DNA of 64,000 nucleotides, taken from Gammaproteobacteria bacterium (GTDB lineage: Bacteria; Pseudomonadota; Gammaproteobacteria; Poriferisulfidales; GCA-002705445). A program made the position numbers and the translations under genes. How positions within the stretch are numbered: the stretch's first letter is position 1; each line of letters starts with the position of its first letter. Positions 28,660 to 38,745 of the stretch are shown piece by piece. The notes under the pieces are model-generated. The model saw only the letters and a list, made by a program, of their open reading frames with translations, searched no databases and was not told where the DNA came from. Location of the stretch: the NCBI GenBank assembly GCA_018674175.1, contig JABHAT010000016.1, positions 215,058 through 279,057 on the forward strand. The letters run 5' to 3'.

Positions 28660-29880
28660 ATGAATATTACAATAATATTAATAATTATAGGGTTATTAGG
28701 AATTTCTGCTTATTATACTGGCCTAAGAAAGTCATTAACTTTAAGAGAGGATAAACTACTTCATTCTACACCTATATATCATGGAGCAATATTAGCTATA
28801 AATTCATCACTCGCCTCTATCTTACTAGTAATAGTATGGGTTCTTTTTGAAAAAAATATTTTTCCAGAACTATTAGCATTTAGAAATATTTTATTTATTA
28901 TATCAATTTTTATATTTTTTTTAACAGCGTTTTTTACTTTTAAAAAAATAAAAAATAAATTTAAAGCAAGAGATAAGGTAGAAAAAATCATAGAGCTATT
29001 TTTATTAGTTTGTTCATCATTAGCTATATTAATTACTGTCGGTATATTCTTATCAGTTATTTTTGAGTCCAATAGATTTTTTGAATCAATACCATTAACT
29101 GAATTTTTATTTGGTACTCACTGGAGCCCCCAAATGCCTATCAGAGAAGATCAGGCAGGATCAACCGGAGCATTTGGTGCAGTGCCTTTATTTACCGGCA
29201 CATTTTTGATTGCTTTTATCGCAATGTGTATAGCTGGACCAATAGGTTTGATGTCAGCTATTTTTTTGTCTGAATATGCATCAAAAAGTGTTAGAGATAT
29301 TGTAAAACCCCTGACAGAAATTCTTGCAGGAATACCTACAGTTGTTTACGGTTTTTTTGCAGTAATCGTTGTTGCTCCATTCATTAGAAATACCGGAAAT
29401 TATTTTGGGATAGAAGTAGCTTCTGAAAGCGCCCTTGCTGCGGGTTTAGTTATGGGTGTTATGATTATTCCATTTGTTTCCTCTATATCAGATGATGTAA
29501 TAAATGCTGTTCCTCAAAACTTAAAAAATGGATCTCTTGGTGTTGGCGCAACAAAATCAGAGACAATAAAGCTAGTAATAATACCTGCTGCACTTCCAGG
29601 AATTATCGGAGGATTACTTTTAGCAGTATCTCGAGCAATTGGGGAAACTATGATTGTCGTTATGGCTGCAGGTATGTCAGCTAACTTAACAGCAAACCCA
29701 TTTGAAGCCGTGACAACGGTAACAGTTCAAATTGTTGTTTTACTAGTTGGAGATCAGGAATTTGACAGCCCAAAAACTTTAGCTGCTTTTGCACTAGGTT
29801 TGGTACTTTTCATTATGACTTTAATACTTAATTATATAGCTTTACATATAGTAAGAAAATATAGGGAGCAATATGAATAA
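28660..29880 (+). CDS. pstC: phosphate ABC transporter permease PstC (long form)
   Basis: 406-aa polytopic ORF with AVSRAIGETMIV (EAA-loop region). It is followed by pstA and pstB. It has about 100 extra N-terminal residues with additional TM segments. Confidence 0.92.
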   Translation: MNITIILIIIGLLGISAYYTGLRKSLTLREDKLLHSTPIYHGAILAINSSLASILLVIVWVLFEKNIFPELLAFRNILFIISIFIFFLTAFFTFKKIKNKFKARDKVEKIIELFLLVCSSLAILITVGIFLSVIFESNRFFESIPLTEFLFGTHWSPQMPIREDQAGSTGAFGAVPLFTGTFLIAFIAMCIAGPIGLMSAIFLSEYASKSVRDIVKPLTEILAGIPTVVYGFFAVIVVAPFIRNTGNYFGIEVASESALAAGLVMGVMIIPFVSSISDDVINAVPQNLKNGSLGVGATKSETIKLVIIPAALPGIIGGLLLAVSRAIGETMIVVMAAGMSANLTANPFEAVTTVTVQIVVLLVGDQEFDSPKTLAAFALGLVLFIMTLILNYIALHIVRKYREQYE

Positions 29881-31132
29881 TTTAAAATCTAGACTTGCAA
29901 AAGAAAAAAGATTTAGATTATACGGAGTAGCGTCTATAACATTAGCACTGTTTCTTCTTTCGCTACTATTTGTAAGTATATTTAGTCAGGGATATACAGC
30001 TTTCCAAGAAACAAAAATTCAACTTAATATTAATTTTAGTGAAGAAATTCTAGACCCCAACAAAACAAAAGATTGGGAAATTATTAAAAAATCTAATTTT
30101 AGTTTATTAGTTAAAAACTCTGTTAATGAGCTATTTCCTAATGTTTCAGGTAGAAGCAACAAAAGAAAACTAAAAAAAATTATTAGTAGCTCTGCTGAAT
30201 ACCAGCTAAGAGATTATGTAAAAAATAATATCAACACTATTGGTAAAAGTAAAAAAATATGGGTACTAGCTGATGACGATGTAGATATGTTAATTAAGGG
30301 CCATATTAATAGGATTCTTCCTGAAGACGAAAGAAGAATTGATAACGAGGAATTAAAATGGATTGAATTTTTAGAATCAAAAAATCTTATTGATAAATTT
30401 TTTAATAAAACTTTTTTTACTAGCGGTGATTCGTCAGAATCAGAACAATCTGGAATTTTAGGCGCATTTATTGGTTCGCTTTTTGCGCTAAGCATAACTT
30501 TAATACTTTCTTTTCCTATTGGTATTGCAACAGCTATATATATGGAAGAATTCGCTCCTAAAAATAATAAGTTAATTGATTTTGTTGAGGTAAACATAAA
30601 TAATCTTGCTGCTGTTCCTTCTATAATATTTGGACTATTAGGCCTAGCAATATTTTTAAATTTTTTTGAACTACCAAGATCTGCCCCGCTAGTAGGAGGA
30701 ATGGTTTTATCTTTGATGACTCTTCCAACTATTATAATATCAAGCAGGGTATCCTTGAAGTCTGTACCTCCTTCAATTAAAGAAGGTGCATTAGGTGTTG
30801 GAGCATCTAAAATCCAAGCTGTTTTTCATCATGTTGTGCCAGTTGCAATGCCTGGAATTTTAACAGGAACTATTATTGGAATGGCTAGAGCATTGGGAGA
30901 AAGTGCGCCACTTTTAGTAATAGGTATGGTTGCATTTATTGTTGATATTCCACAATCAGTTACCGATCCTGCAACTGCACTACCCATTCAAATTTATTTA
31001 TGGTCAGATACTCCTGAGAGAGGTTTTGTTGAAAGAACTTCTGCAGCTATTATGGTTTTGTTAGTTTTTTTAATTTTCATGAATAGTTTGGCTGTATACT
31101 TAAGGAAAAAATTTGAAAAAGATATTGGTTAA
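29873..31132 (+). CDS. pstA: phosphate ABC transporter permease PstA (long form)
   Basis: 419-aa ORF with MARALGESAPLL (EAA loop) and a large extracytoplasmic insert after TM1. It overlaps pstC by 8 nt. Confidence 0.92.
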   Translation: MNNLKSRLAKEKRFRLYGVASITLALFLLSLLFVSIFSQGYTAFQETKIQLNINFSEEILDPNKTKDWEIIKKSNFSLLVKNSVNELFPNVSGRSNKRKLKKIISSSAEYQLRDYVKNNINTIGKSKKIWVLADDDVDMLIKGHINRILPEDERRIDNEELKWIEFLESKNLIDKFFNKTFFTSGDSSESEQSGILGAFIGSLFALSITLILSFPIGIATAIYMEEFAPKNNKLIDFVEVNINNLAAVPSIIFGLLGLAIFLNFFELPRSAPLVGGMVLSLMTLPTIIISSRVSLKSVPPSIKEGALGVGASKIQAVFHHVVPVAMPGILTGTIIGMARALGESAPLLVIGMVAFIVDIPQSVTDPATALPIQIYLWSDTPERGFVERTSAAIMVLLVFLIFMNSLAVYLRKKFEKDIG

Positions 31133-31190
31133 TTTTTAAATAACTGAATATATGTAATAATAATTTTATGAATAAAGGTAATAAAATATA

Positions 31191-32024
31191 ATGAATAATG
31201 ATGATCTAATTAAAGAAACTGAGTTTCAAATTAATAATTCTGAAACTGTGGGTAATATCCATGTCGAAGATCCAAGAATTATTGTAAAAAATATAAATGT
31301 TCGTTATGGAGAAAAATTAGCTATAAATAATGTGAGTATTGATATTGGAAAAAATGAAGTTCTAGCAATGATAGGTCCTTCTGGGTGTGGAAAATCTACC
31401 TTCTTAAGATGTTTAAATAGAATGAACGATACTATAGAATCTTGCGTTGTTGATGGAGAACTATATCTTGATAATGAAAATATTTTAGATGAGAAAACTG
31501 ATGTCGTTCCTCTTAGAGCGAAGGTGGGCATGGTTTTTCAAAAACCTAATCCTTTCCCTAAATCTATATATGAAAATGTTGCATATGGACCAAAAATTCA
31601 CGGTTTAGCAAAAAATAAAATAGAGTTAGATGAAATAGTTTTTAATAGTCTAGAAAAAGCAGGATTATTTAATGAGGTAAAAGACAGGCTTGATGCACCA
31701 GGGACCAGTCTCTCAGGGGGTCAGCAACAAAGATTATGTATAGCTAGAACTATTGCAGTTAGCCCTGAAGTAATCTTAATGGACGAGCCATGTTCTGCGC
31801 TTGACCCAATAGCAACAGCAAAAGTTGAAGAATTAATATATGAGTTAAAAGAAAATTTCACAATCGTAATTGTTACGCATGCTATGCAACAAGCTGCTCG
31901 AGTTTCACAAAGAACTGCATATTTTCACTTAGGTAATTTAGTAGAAGTTGGGCCGACACAAAAAATATTTACTACTCCGCAGCATAAGCTAACAGAATCA
32001 TATATTACTGGAAGATTTGGCTGA
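31191..32024 (+). CDS. pstB: phosphate ABC transporter ATP-binding protein PstB
   Basis: 277-aa ORF with [22 protein letters not shown] and [11 protein letters not shown] motifs. Confidence 0.96.
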   Translation: MNNDDLIKETEFQINNSETVGNIHVEDPRIIVKNINVRYGEKLAINNVSIDIGKNEVLAMIGPSGCGKSTFLRCLNRMNDTIESCVVDGELYLDNENILDEKTDVVPLRAKVGMVFQKPNPFPKSIYENVAYGPKIHGLAKNKIELDEIVFNSLEKAGLFNEVKDRLDAPGTSLSGGQQQRLCIARTIAVSPEVILMDEPCSALDPIATAKVEELIYELKENFTIVIVTHAMQQAARVSQRTAYFHLGNLVEVGPTQKIFTTPQHKLTESYITGRFG

Positions 32025-33338
32025 TTTCATTGCAAGAGATGATTTTGGAAATACACAAGAAAATTGGCTTCCCTCACTTATTGAACTTTTAATTTTTAGA
32101 GTACCTTCGTGCCTATTCATTATATGTTTAACGATTGATAAACCAAGGCCTGTTCCGCCCTGTTCTCTTGATCTTCCTTTATCAACTCTATAAAATCTTT
32201 CTGTAAGTCTATCAACAGAGTCTGAAGGTATACCAACTCCATAATCTTTTATTGAAAATATTACTTCTTTTTCATTACTAACAAAGTAACTTATTTCTAT
32301 AGTAACACCTGACCCTGAATACATAATTGCATTTAGTAATAAATTTAGAAATGCGCTATAAATTTCTTCGTATGATCCTTGTATATATAAATCATCATTA
32401 GTTAATACTTTAATATCATTTTTATTTATTTTTGACTTATGCTTACATGCTATTAATAACTCATTTACTAAATTCTTTAAATTTATAGGTGAAAAATTTT
32501 TTTCAGGAATATTTGTATTTTGAAGTTTTGTTAATTTTAATAAATCACTTATCATAACGTCCATTCTTTTAGCTTGCTTTAACATCTGATCTAAAATTCC
32601 TTGGTCAATATTTTTCTGATCTGACAAACTAATAGTTTCGAGATAACCAAATATTACAGTCAACGGAGTTTTTAATTCGTGGGAAACATTAGCTACAAAA
32701 TCTCTTCTCATCTTATCAAGATGATCTGACTCAGATACATCTCTGAAAGTTAATAGATATCTATTTTCTCCATAAGGAACTAAAAAAGACTGAATAGTTA
32801 CATCATATTTTAAAGGCGATGTAAAAGTAACATTAGATGGTCTTTCGCTACTATTTATAAATTTAGTGAAGCTAGGATTTCTAATTAAATGCAATATTGG
32901 TCTTCCAATATCGATACCTTTTAAGGAGAGCATTTTAATAGCGGCATCATTAAACCAATCTGTAACAAAATTATTATCTACAACTACAACTGCGTCTGGC
33001 ATCGAAGCACTTAGCTCTTTAAATCTTTTTTCTAAAATTTTAAATTTTAACTTAGTCTCAGTCAGATCTTCAAAACTCTGGTTAAGATTTGATACTAGAT
33101 ATTGATGCTTTTGATGATAATTAATAGATTTATTTTTTTGATAATTAAATATCCATCTTTCAAAGATGTATTGAGAATAAAGAATATATACTATGTATAT
33201 AGATAGAAATATCAAGATACTAAAAGTTAATTCATTAACTAAATAACCAATAATTATAGCTATAGCTAAATATATTACTAAGTTTGCAAGGTCATCAACT
33301 ATTGAATAATTATTAATTTTATTATTCTGCTCTTTCAT
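31998..33338 (-). CDS. phoR: phosphate regulon sensor histidine kinase PhoR
   Basis: 446-aa ORF with two N-terminal TM segments, a PAS-like segment, the H-box SHELKTPLT and an HATPase region ([12 protein letters not shown]). Downstream of phoB. Confidence 0.9.
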   Translation of the reverse strand: MKEQNNKINNYSIVDDLANLVIYLAIAIIIGYLVNELTFSILIFLSIYIVYILYSQYIFERWIFNYQKNKSINYHQKHQYLVSNLNQSFEDLTETKLKFKILEKRFKELSASMPDAVVVVDNNFVTDWFNDAAIKMLSLKGIDIGRPILHLIRNPSFTKFINSSERPSNVTFTSPLKYDVTIQSFLVPYGENRYLLTFRDVSESDHLDKMRRDFVANVSHELKTPLTVIFGYLETISLSDQKNIDQGILDQMLKQAKRMDVMISDLLKLTKLQNTNIPEKNFSPINLKNLVNELLIACKHKSKINKNDIKVLTNDDLYIQGSYEEIYSAFLNLLLNAIMYSGSGVTIEISYFVSNEKEVIFSIKDYGVGIPSDSVDRLTERFYRVDKGRSREQGGTGLGLSIVKHIMNRHEGTLKIKSSISEGSQFSCVFPKSSLAMKSAKSSSNI

Positions 33339-33378
33339 AAAGATATTATATATAAAAAAAACTATATATCGCTAATTT

Positions 33379-34059
33379 TTATTTTGACAATCTGTAGCCC
33401 GCACCCCTTACTGTTTGTATGTATTTGGACGTCTCTGATTCAAGTGATTTTCTTAATCTTAATATATGAACATCCACTGTTCTCTCTTCTACATAGACAT
33501 TTGTTCCCCATACAAAATCAAGTAACTGGGCTCTACTATAAACTCTTTCAGGATGTGTCATAAAGAAGTGAAGCAAGTTGAATTCTGTTGGGCCTAAAAT
33601 AATATTTTTGTCACCATCTTTAACCTTATGCGTCATGGGATTTAAATTTATAGAACCAAAAATTACTACTTCCATATCAGTTTGTGGTGCTGATCTTCTA
33701 AGAAGCGCTTTTATTCTTGCCATTAGTTCTTTTGGAGAAAACGGTTTGGTTATATAGTCATCAGCCCCAGATTCTAAACCCATAATTTTATCAGACTCTT
33801 CTGACTTAGCTGTTAACATTATTATTGGTAACTCTTTTGTCTCAATTGACGCTCTTAATGATCTAGCTATATCTATACCTGCTTTACCAGGAAGCATCCA
33901 ATCTAAAAGTATTAAGTTGATATTATTTTTTGAAACTATATTGAGTGCTTCTTCACTATTGCCAGCTTCAAAAGTTTCGAAACCATTATTTTTTAATGTA
34001 AAAGTTAACATTTCTCTAACCGCTATTTCATCTTCTATTATTAAAATTTTAGCTGCCAT
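33379..34059 (-). CDS. phoB: phosphate regulon response regulator PhoB
   Basis: 226-aa OmpR-family ORF with receiver LLDWMLPG and winged helix VDVHILRLRK...TVRGAGYRL. Confidence 0.92.
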   Translation of the reverse strand: MAAKILIIEDEIAVREMLTFTLKNNGFETFEAGNSEEALNIVSKNNINLILLDWMLPGKAGIDIARSLRASIETKELPIIMLTAKSEESDKIMGLESGADDYITKPFSPKELMARIKALLRRSAPQTDMEVVIFGSINLNPMTHKVKDGDKNIILGPTEFNLLHFFMTHPERVYSRAQLLDFVWGTNVYVEERTVDVHILRLRKSLESETSKYIQTVRGAGYRLSK

Positions 34060-34152
34060 TATTTATAGCCTTTTACAATTTTCTGCATTAATATCATATT
34101 TAAACATATATATATTAAAAAAATATTAAAATATCAAATAAATATTAAAAAT

Positions 34153-35532
34153 ATGGGGGGGGAGGTTATGGAAGCTTTAACGAATATATTTTCCATTCTT
34201 GGAGGTATAGCTTGGGGCCCTTACATGCTTGCTTTTATAGGGTTCACAGGATTGTATTTAATTATTGGTTTAAAGTTCATGCCAATTATCAAAATTCCTT
34301 ATGCTCTAAAATTACTTTTTAATAAATCTAGTGATAAAGGTAAGGGAGAAATATCTCCTCGTTCTGCATTATTTACAGCTATGTCCGCAACAGTTGGGAC
34401 AGGTAATATTGCTGGTGTCGCAACAGCGATAGCATTGGGTGGTCCCGGAGCAATATTCTGGATGTGGATCATGGGCTTTGTTGGTATGGCCACAAAATAT
34501 GGAGAGGCAGTTCTGGCGGTAAAATATCGAGAAACCGATTCAAACGGGTCTTTTGTTGGTGGACCAATGTACTATATCAAAAATGGTTTGGGTGATAAAT
34601 GGAAGTGGTTAGGTTTTTTATTTGCATTATTCGGAACTATTGCTGCTTTTGGAATTGGCAATATGGTTCAATCAAATACAGTTGCAAATCAACTTCAAAG
34701 TACACTTAATATTGATCCCATAATTACAGGTATAGTAATTGCGTCAATAGCTGGCTTGGTAATTATTGGAGGCGTAAAAAGAATTGGTTTATTTGCTTCT
34801 ACACTTGTCCCAATAATGGCCCTTATATATTTATTATCTGCTCTAATAATAGTATTAATGAACATAAATCAAGTCCCAGAAGCATTTAGGATAATTGTTG
34901 ATAGCGCATTTAATGGCAGTGCTGCAACTGGTGGGTTTGCAGGGGCAACTGTTTTGATGGCCATAAGGTTTGGTATAGCTCGAGGGGTGTTTTCTAATGA
35001 AGCTGGATTAGGAAGCGCGCCAATTGCCCACGCAGCAGCAAAGACTAATAGTCCTGTAAAACAGGGTACAATCGCGATGCTTGGTACATTCTTTGATACT
35101 ATAATTATTTGTTCTTTGACCGCGCTAGTTATAGTAATTAGTGGTGCTTGGAAAAACGGAGATAATGGAGCTGTACTTACTTCAAATGCATTTGTTTACG
35201 GTTTGCCAGCTATTGGTGAATATATAGTAACGATTTGTTTAATACTTTTTGCTTTTACAACGATCATTGGTTGGAGCTACTATGGAGAAAGATGCTCGGC
35301 ATATATATTTGGAACAAAAGCAATCAAGCCTTATAGGATACTATGGTTAATATCTATAGTGTTAGGTTCTTATTCGTTAGAGCTTGGGGGTTCTACAGCT
35401 GAAAGTGTCAACTTAATATGGTTAATAGCTGATGTAATGAATGGATTTATGGCTATACCGAATCTAATTGCTTTAGTATTATTGAGCCCTGTAATATTTA
35501 AATTATCTAAAGAATACTTTATAAGGAAATAA
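34153..35532 (+). CDS. alanine/glycine:cation symporter (AGCS family)
   Basis: 459-aa polytopic ORF with SATVGTGNIAGVATAI and GGPGAIFWMW AGCS signatures. The true start may be ATG 34168 (MEALTNIF...). Confidence 0.92.
   Translation: MGGEVMEALTNIFSILGGIAWGPYMLAFIGFTGLYLIIGLKFMPIIKIPYALKLLFNKSSDKGKGEISPRSALFTAMSATVGTGNIAGVATAIALGGPGAIFWMWIMGFVGMATKYGEAVLAVKYRETDSNGSFVGGPMYYIKNGLGDKWKWLGFLFALFGTIAAFGIGNMVQSNTVANQLQSTLNIDPIITGIVIASIAGLVIIGGVKRIGLFASTLVPIMALIYLLSALIIVLMNINQVPEAFRIIVDSAFNGSAATGGFAGATVLMAIRFGIARGVFSNEAGLGSAPIAHAAAKTNSPVKQGTIAMLGTFFDTIIICSLTALVIVISGAWKNGDNGAVLTSNAFVYGLPAIGEYIVTICLILFAFTTIIGWSYYGERCSAYIFGTKAIKPYRILWLISIVLGSYSLELGGSTAESVNLIWLIADVMNGFMAIPNLIALVLLSPVIFKLSKEYFIRK
34155..34162 (+). 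repeat. G8 homopolymer tract in the translation-initiation region of the AGCS symporter gene
   Basis: ATGGGGGGGGAGGTTATG: eight consecutive G at 34155-34162 between the first ATG (34153) and second ATG (34168). I noticed no other G run of this length in this AT-rich window (by eye). Confidence 0.9.
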
Positions 35533-35536
35533 TTTA

Positions 35537-36400
35537 GTGAATAAAACTATTCTAAAAAAAACCGCAATGAAAGATGTGGCAATAGCCATTTCTGAAGATT
35601 TAGGTTCTGGAGATGTGACAACTAATATATTAGGAAAAGATAAAAATAAATTATCCACAGCATTAGTAAAATCAAATGAAGATGCAATATTATGTGGTCA
35701 AATTTGGTTTGATAACTCATTTAAATACATACAGAAAAAATATGGTGGTAAATTAAAAATATCATGGTTAAAAAAAGATGGTGATAAGATAAAAAAAGGA
35801 CAAACAATTTGTATAATTGAAGCCCCATTAAGAACTATATTAATATCGGAAAGAACGGCATTAAATTTTTTACAATTGCTTAGTGGCACAGCATCATTAA
35901 CAAAGCTATATTCTGATAAAATAAAAAATAAAAAAGTAAGGCTACTTGATACAAGGAAGACGATTCCTGGCTTAAGGATTGCTCAAAAATATGCCGTTAC
36001 ACAGGGTGGAGGATTCAATCATAGATTTGGACTATATGATCAAGTATTAATAAAAGAAAATCACATTACAGAAAAATCATTTGCTTTCGATGATTTTCTA
36101 AAAAAAATTCGTAAAAATATTGATTTTAGAAAAGCATCAATTGAAGTTGAAACATTAAAAGAACTAGAAGTGCTCATAAAATATAAACCAAAAAATATTT
36201 TATTGGATAATTTCTCTTTATCAGATATTAAGAAAGCTACTAAAATTATAAGTAAAGAATTTACTTCCATAGAAGTATCTGGGGGTATAAATATTAAAAA
36301 TATTGAGAAATATGCAAATCTTGATATTAACTATATATCTATTGGGTCTTTAACCAAAAATGTTTGTTCTGTAGATTTCTCAATGTTAGTTAATAAATAA
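35537..36400 (+). CDS. nadC: nicotinate-nucleotide diphosphorylase (carboxylating)
   Basis: 287-aa ORF starting at GTG, with ERTALNFLQLLSG and LLDTRKTIPGLR motifs. Confidence 0.92.
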   Translation: MNKTILKKTAMKDVAIAISEDLGSGDVTTNILGKDKNKLSTALVKSNEDAILCGQIWFDNSFKYIQKKYGGKLKISWLKKDGDKIKKGQTICIIEAPLRTILISERTALNFLQLLSGTASLTKLYSDKIKNKKVRLLDTRKTIPGLRIAQKYAVTQGGGFNHRFGLYDQVLIKENHITEKSFAFDDFLKKIRKNIDFRKASIEVETLKELEVLIKYKPKNILLDNFSLSDIKKATKIISKEFTSIEVSGGINIKNIEKYANLDINYISIGSLTKNVCSVDFSMLVNK

Positions 36401-36421
36401 GTTTTTTCATATAATGCTGAC

Positions 36422-36452
36422 TTGACTTTAAATTTGTATTAATTAAGATAAT
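36422..36452 (+). promoter_or_regulatory. candidate sigma-70 promoter for the TonB-dependent receptor gene
   Basis: TTGACT (36422-36427), a 16-nt spacer, then TAAGAT (36444-36449); alternatively GATAAT at 36447-36452 with a 19-nt spacer. About 70 nt upstream of the start codon. Confidence 0.35.
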
Positions 36453-36521
36453 TAGCGCTGGAACAAGTATAAATGAATTGTACTAACGTAGGCATAAAAA
36501 AACATCATGAGGATGACTATT

Positions 36522-38399
36522 ATGCGACGTTTTTATTTAATGTTATTATTATTGCCAATTTATTTTATATCTTTGACAGCCTCCGGTAATGAAGCTCCAT
36601 ATATATACATATCACCAAATCCTAGTAAGGTTAATATAGACTTACACTCTAGTAATATTGATATTATTTCTCTAGGTGAAAATAATGTTAATTATTCGAT
36701 TACCGATATTTTAAAAAAAAATACAAGCCTTTCATTTAGTCAATCCGGCGGTATTTCTAGTCAAAATCAACTTAGAATGAGAGGTGGAGAAGCAAACCAC
36801 GTTTTAGTTTTGATTGATGGAATTGATGTGAATGATGCTGCTTCAGGTTCAGAGTATGATTTTGGTCAGTTATTTTCATACAATATTAGTAGTATAGATA
36901 TTTTAAGTGGTGCGTTTAGTAATGTTCACGGTCCAGATGCTGTTAGTGGAGTAGTTAATATAAAAACTAAGAACACTAATTCACTTAATATGGCTGTTGG
37001 CAGTAATAATACCAATATTAAAAATTATTCCATAGCTGGTGAAAATAAAAGGTTCCAATATGGTATTGATGTAAATTTACTATCATCAAAAGGTACAGAT
37101 GATAGTGGGACATCTGGTGGAAGGAATAGATATGAGAGTGATAATTTTAGAGTAAACATTAAATCTATAGAACATGATTTTACATTACTCTATTTTGATA
37201 CCTATAGACAAAATGACAGGGACGCATCCGGTATGCTGGCTGATAGTGAATATGCAAGTACAGATATAAATCAGATCTACTCAAAATATTCTTTTCAAAA
37301 AAGTATAAATAAGTACGTATTCTCAAAAAATGAAATTCAGTATTCAACAAATAAAAATAATGATTTTGCTCCTACAACTGGTCTTTTTAGTTCTTTAACA
37401 CAGTCTGAAAAATTAAAATTAAAATCTAGTACTTCGATTCAATTAAAAGAATTTTTTAAATCAAAATATTACCCAACAATTAGTATTGGCTTAGAACATA
37501 AAAAAATAAATTTTACGCAATTAGTCGCTGACAAAACATATGGAGACGGAGATCAAATGCAGGGAGAGTATAGTAATTCATATAGTGCAGAGCTAATATA
37601 CCCTTTAAAAAATTTACAATTTGAATTTGGTCTGAGAAAAACTACAAATCAAAAATTTGACAATCAAAATACACATAGATTTGGAATAACCTATAAAAAT
37701 AAAAATAAAAAGATTTTTTTTAATCATTCAACAGCATTTAAAAATCCAACTTTTACAGAGAGATATGGTTATTATGCCGGTACATTTAAGGGAAATTCTG
37801 ATTTAAAACCTGAAAATGTTAGGCAGTATGAAATAGGCTATTCAATAAATACTGCTAAAGAAAAATTTAATATAAGTCAGACATTTTATAATGCAAAATT
37901 GAAAAACGAGATTAATGGATTTACAAGTCATCCTGAGGGTGGGTATACAGCAAAAAATATGGATAGTAATAGCTATAGGAAAGGATTAGAAACCAAGGTG
38001 AAGTATAATATTAACAAATATTCAAATGCATTCATTTCATATAACTATGTTGACTCTACAGAATATAACTCTACATCTGAAAAACAGAAGTCTGAATCTA
38101 GAAGACCAAGAAATGTTCTTAATATAAATTATGACAATAATTTTTTTAATAAATTAAGTATGAACTCTAATATTTTTTATTCATCGAAAGTTAAAGATAC
38201 TGATTTTAGCTCTTATCCATATCAGAATGTATATATGAATAGTTATTTTTTATTAAATACAACAATGAACTATAATGTTGACAGTAATAATAAAATATCG
38301 TTAGTATTTAAAAATATATTTAATCGGGAGTATAATGAAGTTAACGGTTACAACTCACCTGGTTTTGAAGTTTTAATTAATTATAGAAATAGTTTTTAA
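36522..38399 (+). CDS. TonB-dependent outer-membrane receptor (small, BtuB-sized)
   Basis: Signal peptide MRRFYLMLLLLPIYFISLTASG, plug motif LRMRGGEANHVLVLIDG, a Y/N/S-rich beta-barrel and a terminal aromatic residue (NYRNSF). GAGGA at 36509-36513 gives 8-nt spacing to ATG 36522, preferred over the track start at 36507. Confidence 0.9.
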   Translation: MRRFYLMLLLLPIYFISLTASGNEAPYIYISPNPSKVNIDLHSSNIDIISLGENNVNYSITDILKKNTSLSFSQSGGISSQNQLRMRGGEANHVLVLIDGIDVNDAASGSEYDFGQLFSYNISSIDILSGAFSNVHGPDAVSGVVNIKTKNTNSLNMAVGSNNTNIKNYSIAGENKRFQYGIDVNLLSSKGTDDSGTSGGRNRYESDNFRVNIKSIEHDFTLLYFDTYRQNDRDASGMLADSEYASTDINQIYSKYSFQKSINKYVFSKNEIQYSTNKNNDFAPTTGLFSSLTQSEKLKLKSSTSIQLKEFFKSKYYPTISIGLEHKKINFTQLVADKTYGDGDQMQGEYSNSYSAELIYPLKNLQFEFGLRKTTNQKFDNQNTHRFGITYKNKNKKIFFNHSTAFKNPTFTERYGYYAGTFKGNSDLKPENVRQYEIGYSINTAKEKFNISQTFYNAKLKNEINGFTSHPEGGYTAKNMDSNSYRKGLETKVKYNINKYSNAFISYNYVDSTEYNSTSEKQKSESRRPRNVLNINYDNNFFNKLSMNSNIFYSSKVKDTDFSSYPYQNVYMNSYFLLNTTMNYNVDSNNKISLVFKNIFNREYNEVNGYNSPGFEVLINYRNSF

Positions 38400-38404
38400 T
38401 TAAC

Positions 38405-38743
38405 TTATTTTGGGATACTTAGTATTATTTTATCTACAGAGTCATTTATTTCAAGAAATTTAATGTCATTTGGTTTAATATTTATTTGATTATTTTTGTT
38501 AGTTAAAATAATACTAACTTGATTATTTTCATCGACTCCTAGAGTACCTAGGTTTTCATTATTATCGCCTTTTAGTATTATATTTTTTACTGCTATTGTT
38601 TTGGCGGTAATTCTATAATCTCCAAACATTCCTGTTTTCATTGCAGAGTTATAGATTAAAGCTGCTGCCATTATTAATACAACAAATTTTAGTGTTCCAA
38701 TTTGCTTTTCAAGCTTTTCAAATTTTTCGTCATTATTTTCCAT
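38405..38743 (-). CDS. small membrane-anchored hypothetical protein
   Basis: 112-aa ORF with one N-terminal TM segment (LKFVVLIMAAALIYNSAM) followed by a predicted beta-rich domain. It starts 2 nt after the HAD gene stop. No family recognised. Confidence 0.55.
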   Translation of the reverse strand: MENNDEKFEKLEKQIGTLKFVVLIMAAALIYNSAMKTGMFGDYRITAKTIAVKNIILKGDNNENLGTLGVDENNQVSIILTNKNNQINIKPNDIKFLEINDSVDKIILSIPK

Positions 38744-38745
38744 TT

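Noticed and set aside
35651-35659. Perfect DnaA box TTATCCACA.
   Set aside because: It is a single isolated copy inside the nadC coding sequence. There is no cluster of boxes and no AT-rich unwinding element or dnaA/dnaN context, so it is not an origin.
36401-36521. Possible cobalamin or TPP riboswitch upstream of the BtuB-sized TonB-dependent receptor.
   Set aside because: The leader is only about 106-120 nt, shorter than a cobalamin riboswitch. I cannot find a B12 box (GCCACTG-like) or the TPP CUGAGA/ACCUGA core. A covariance-model scan would still be the decisive test.
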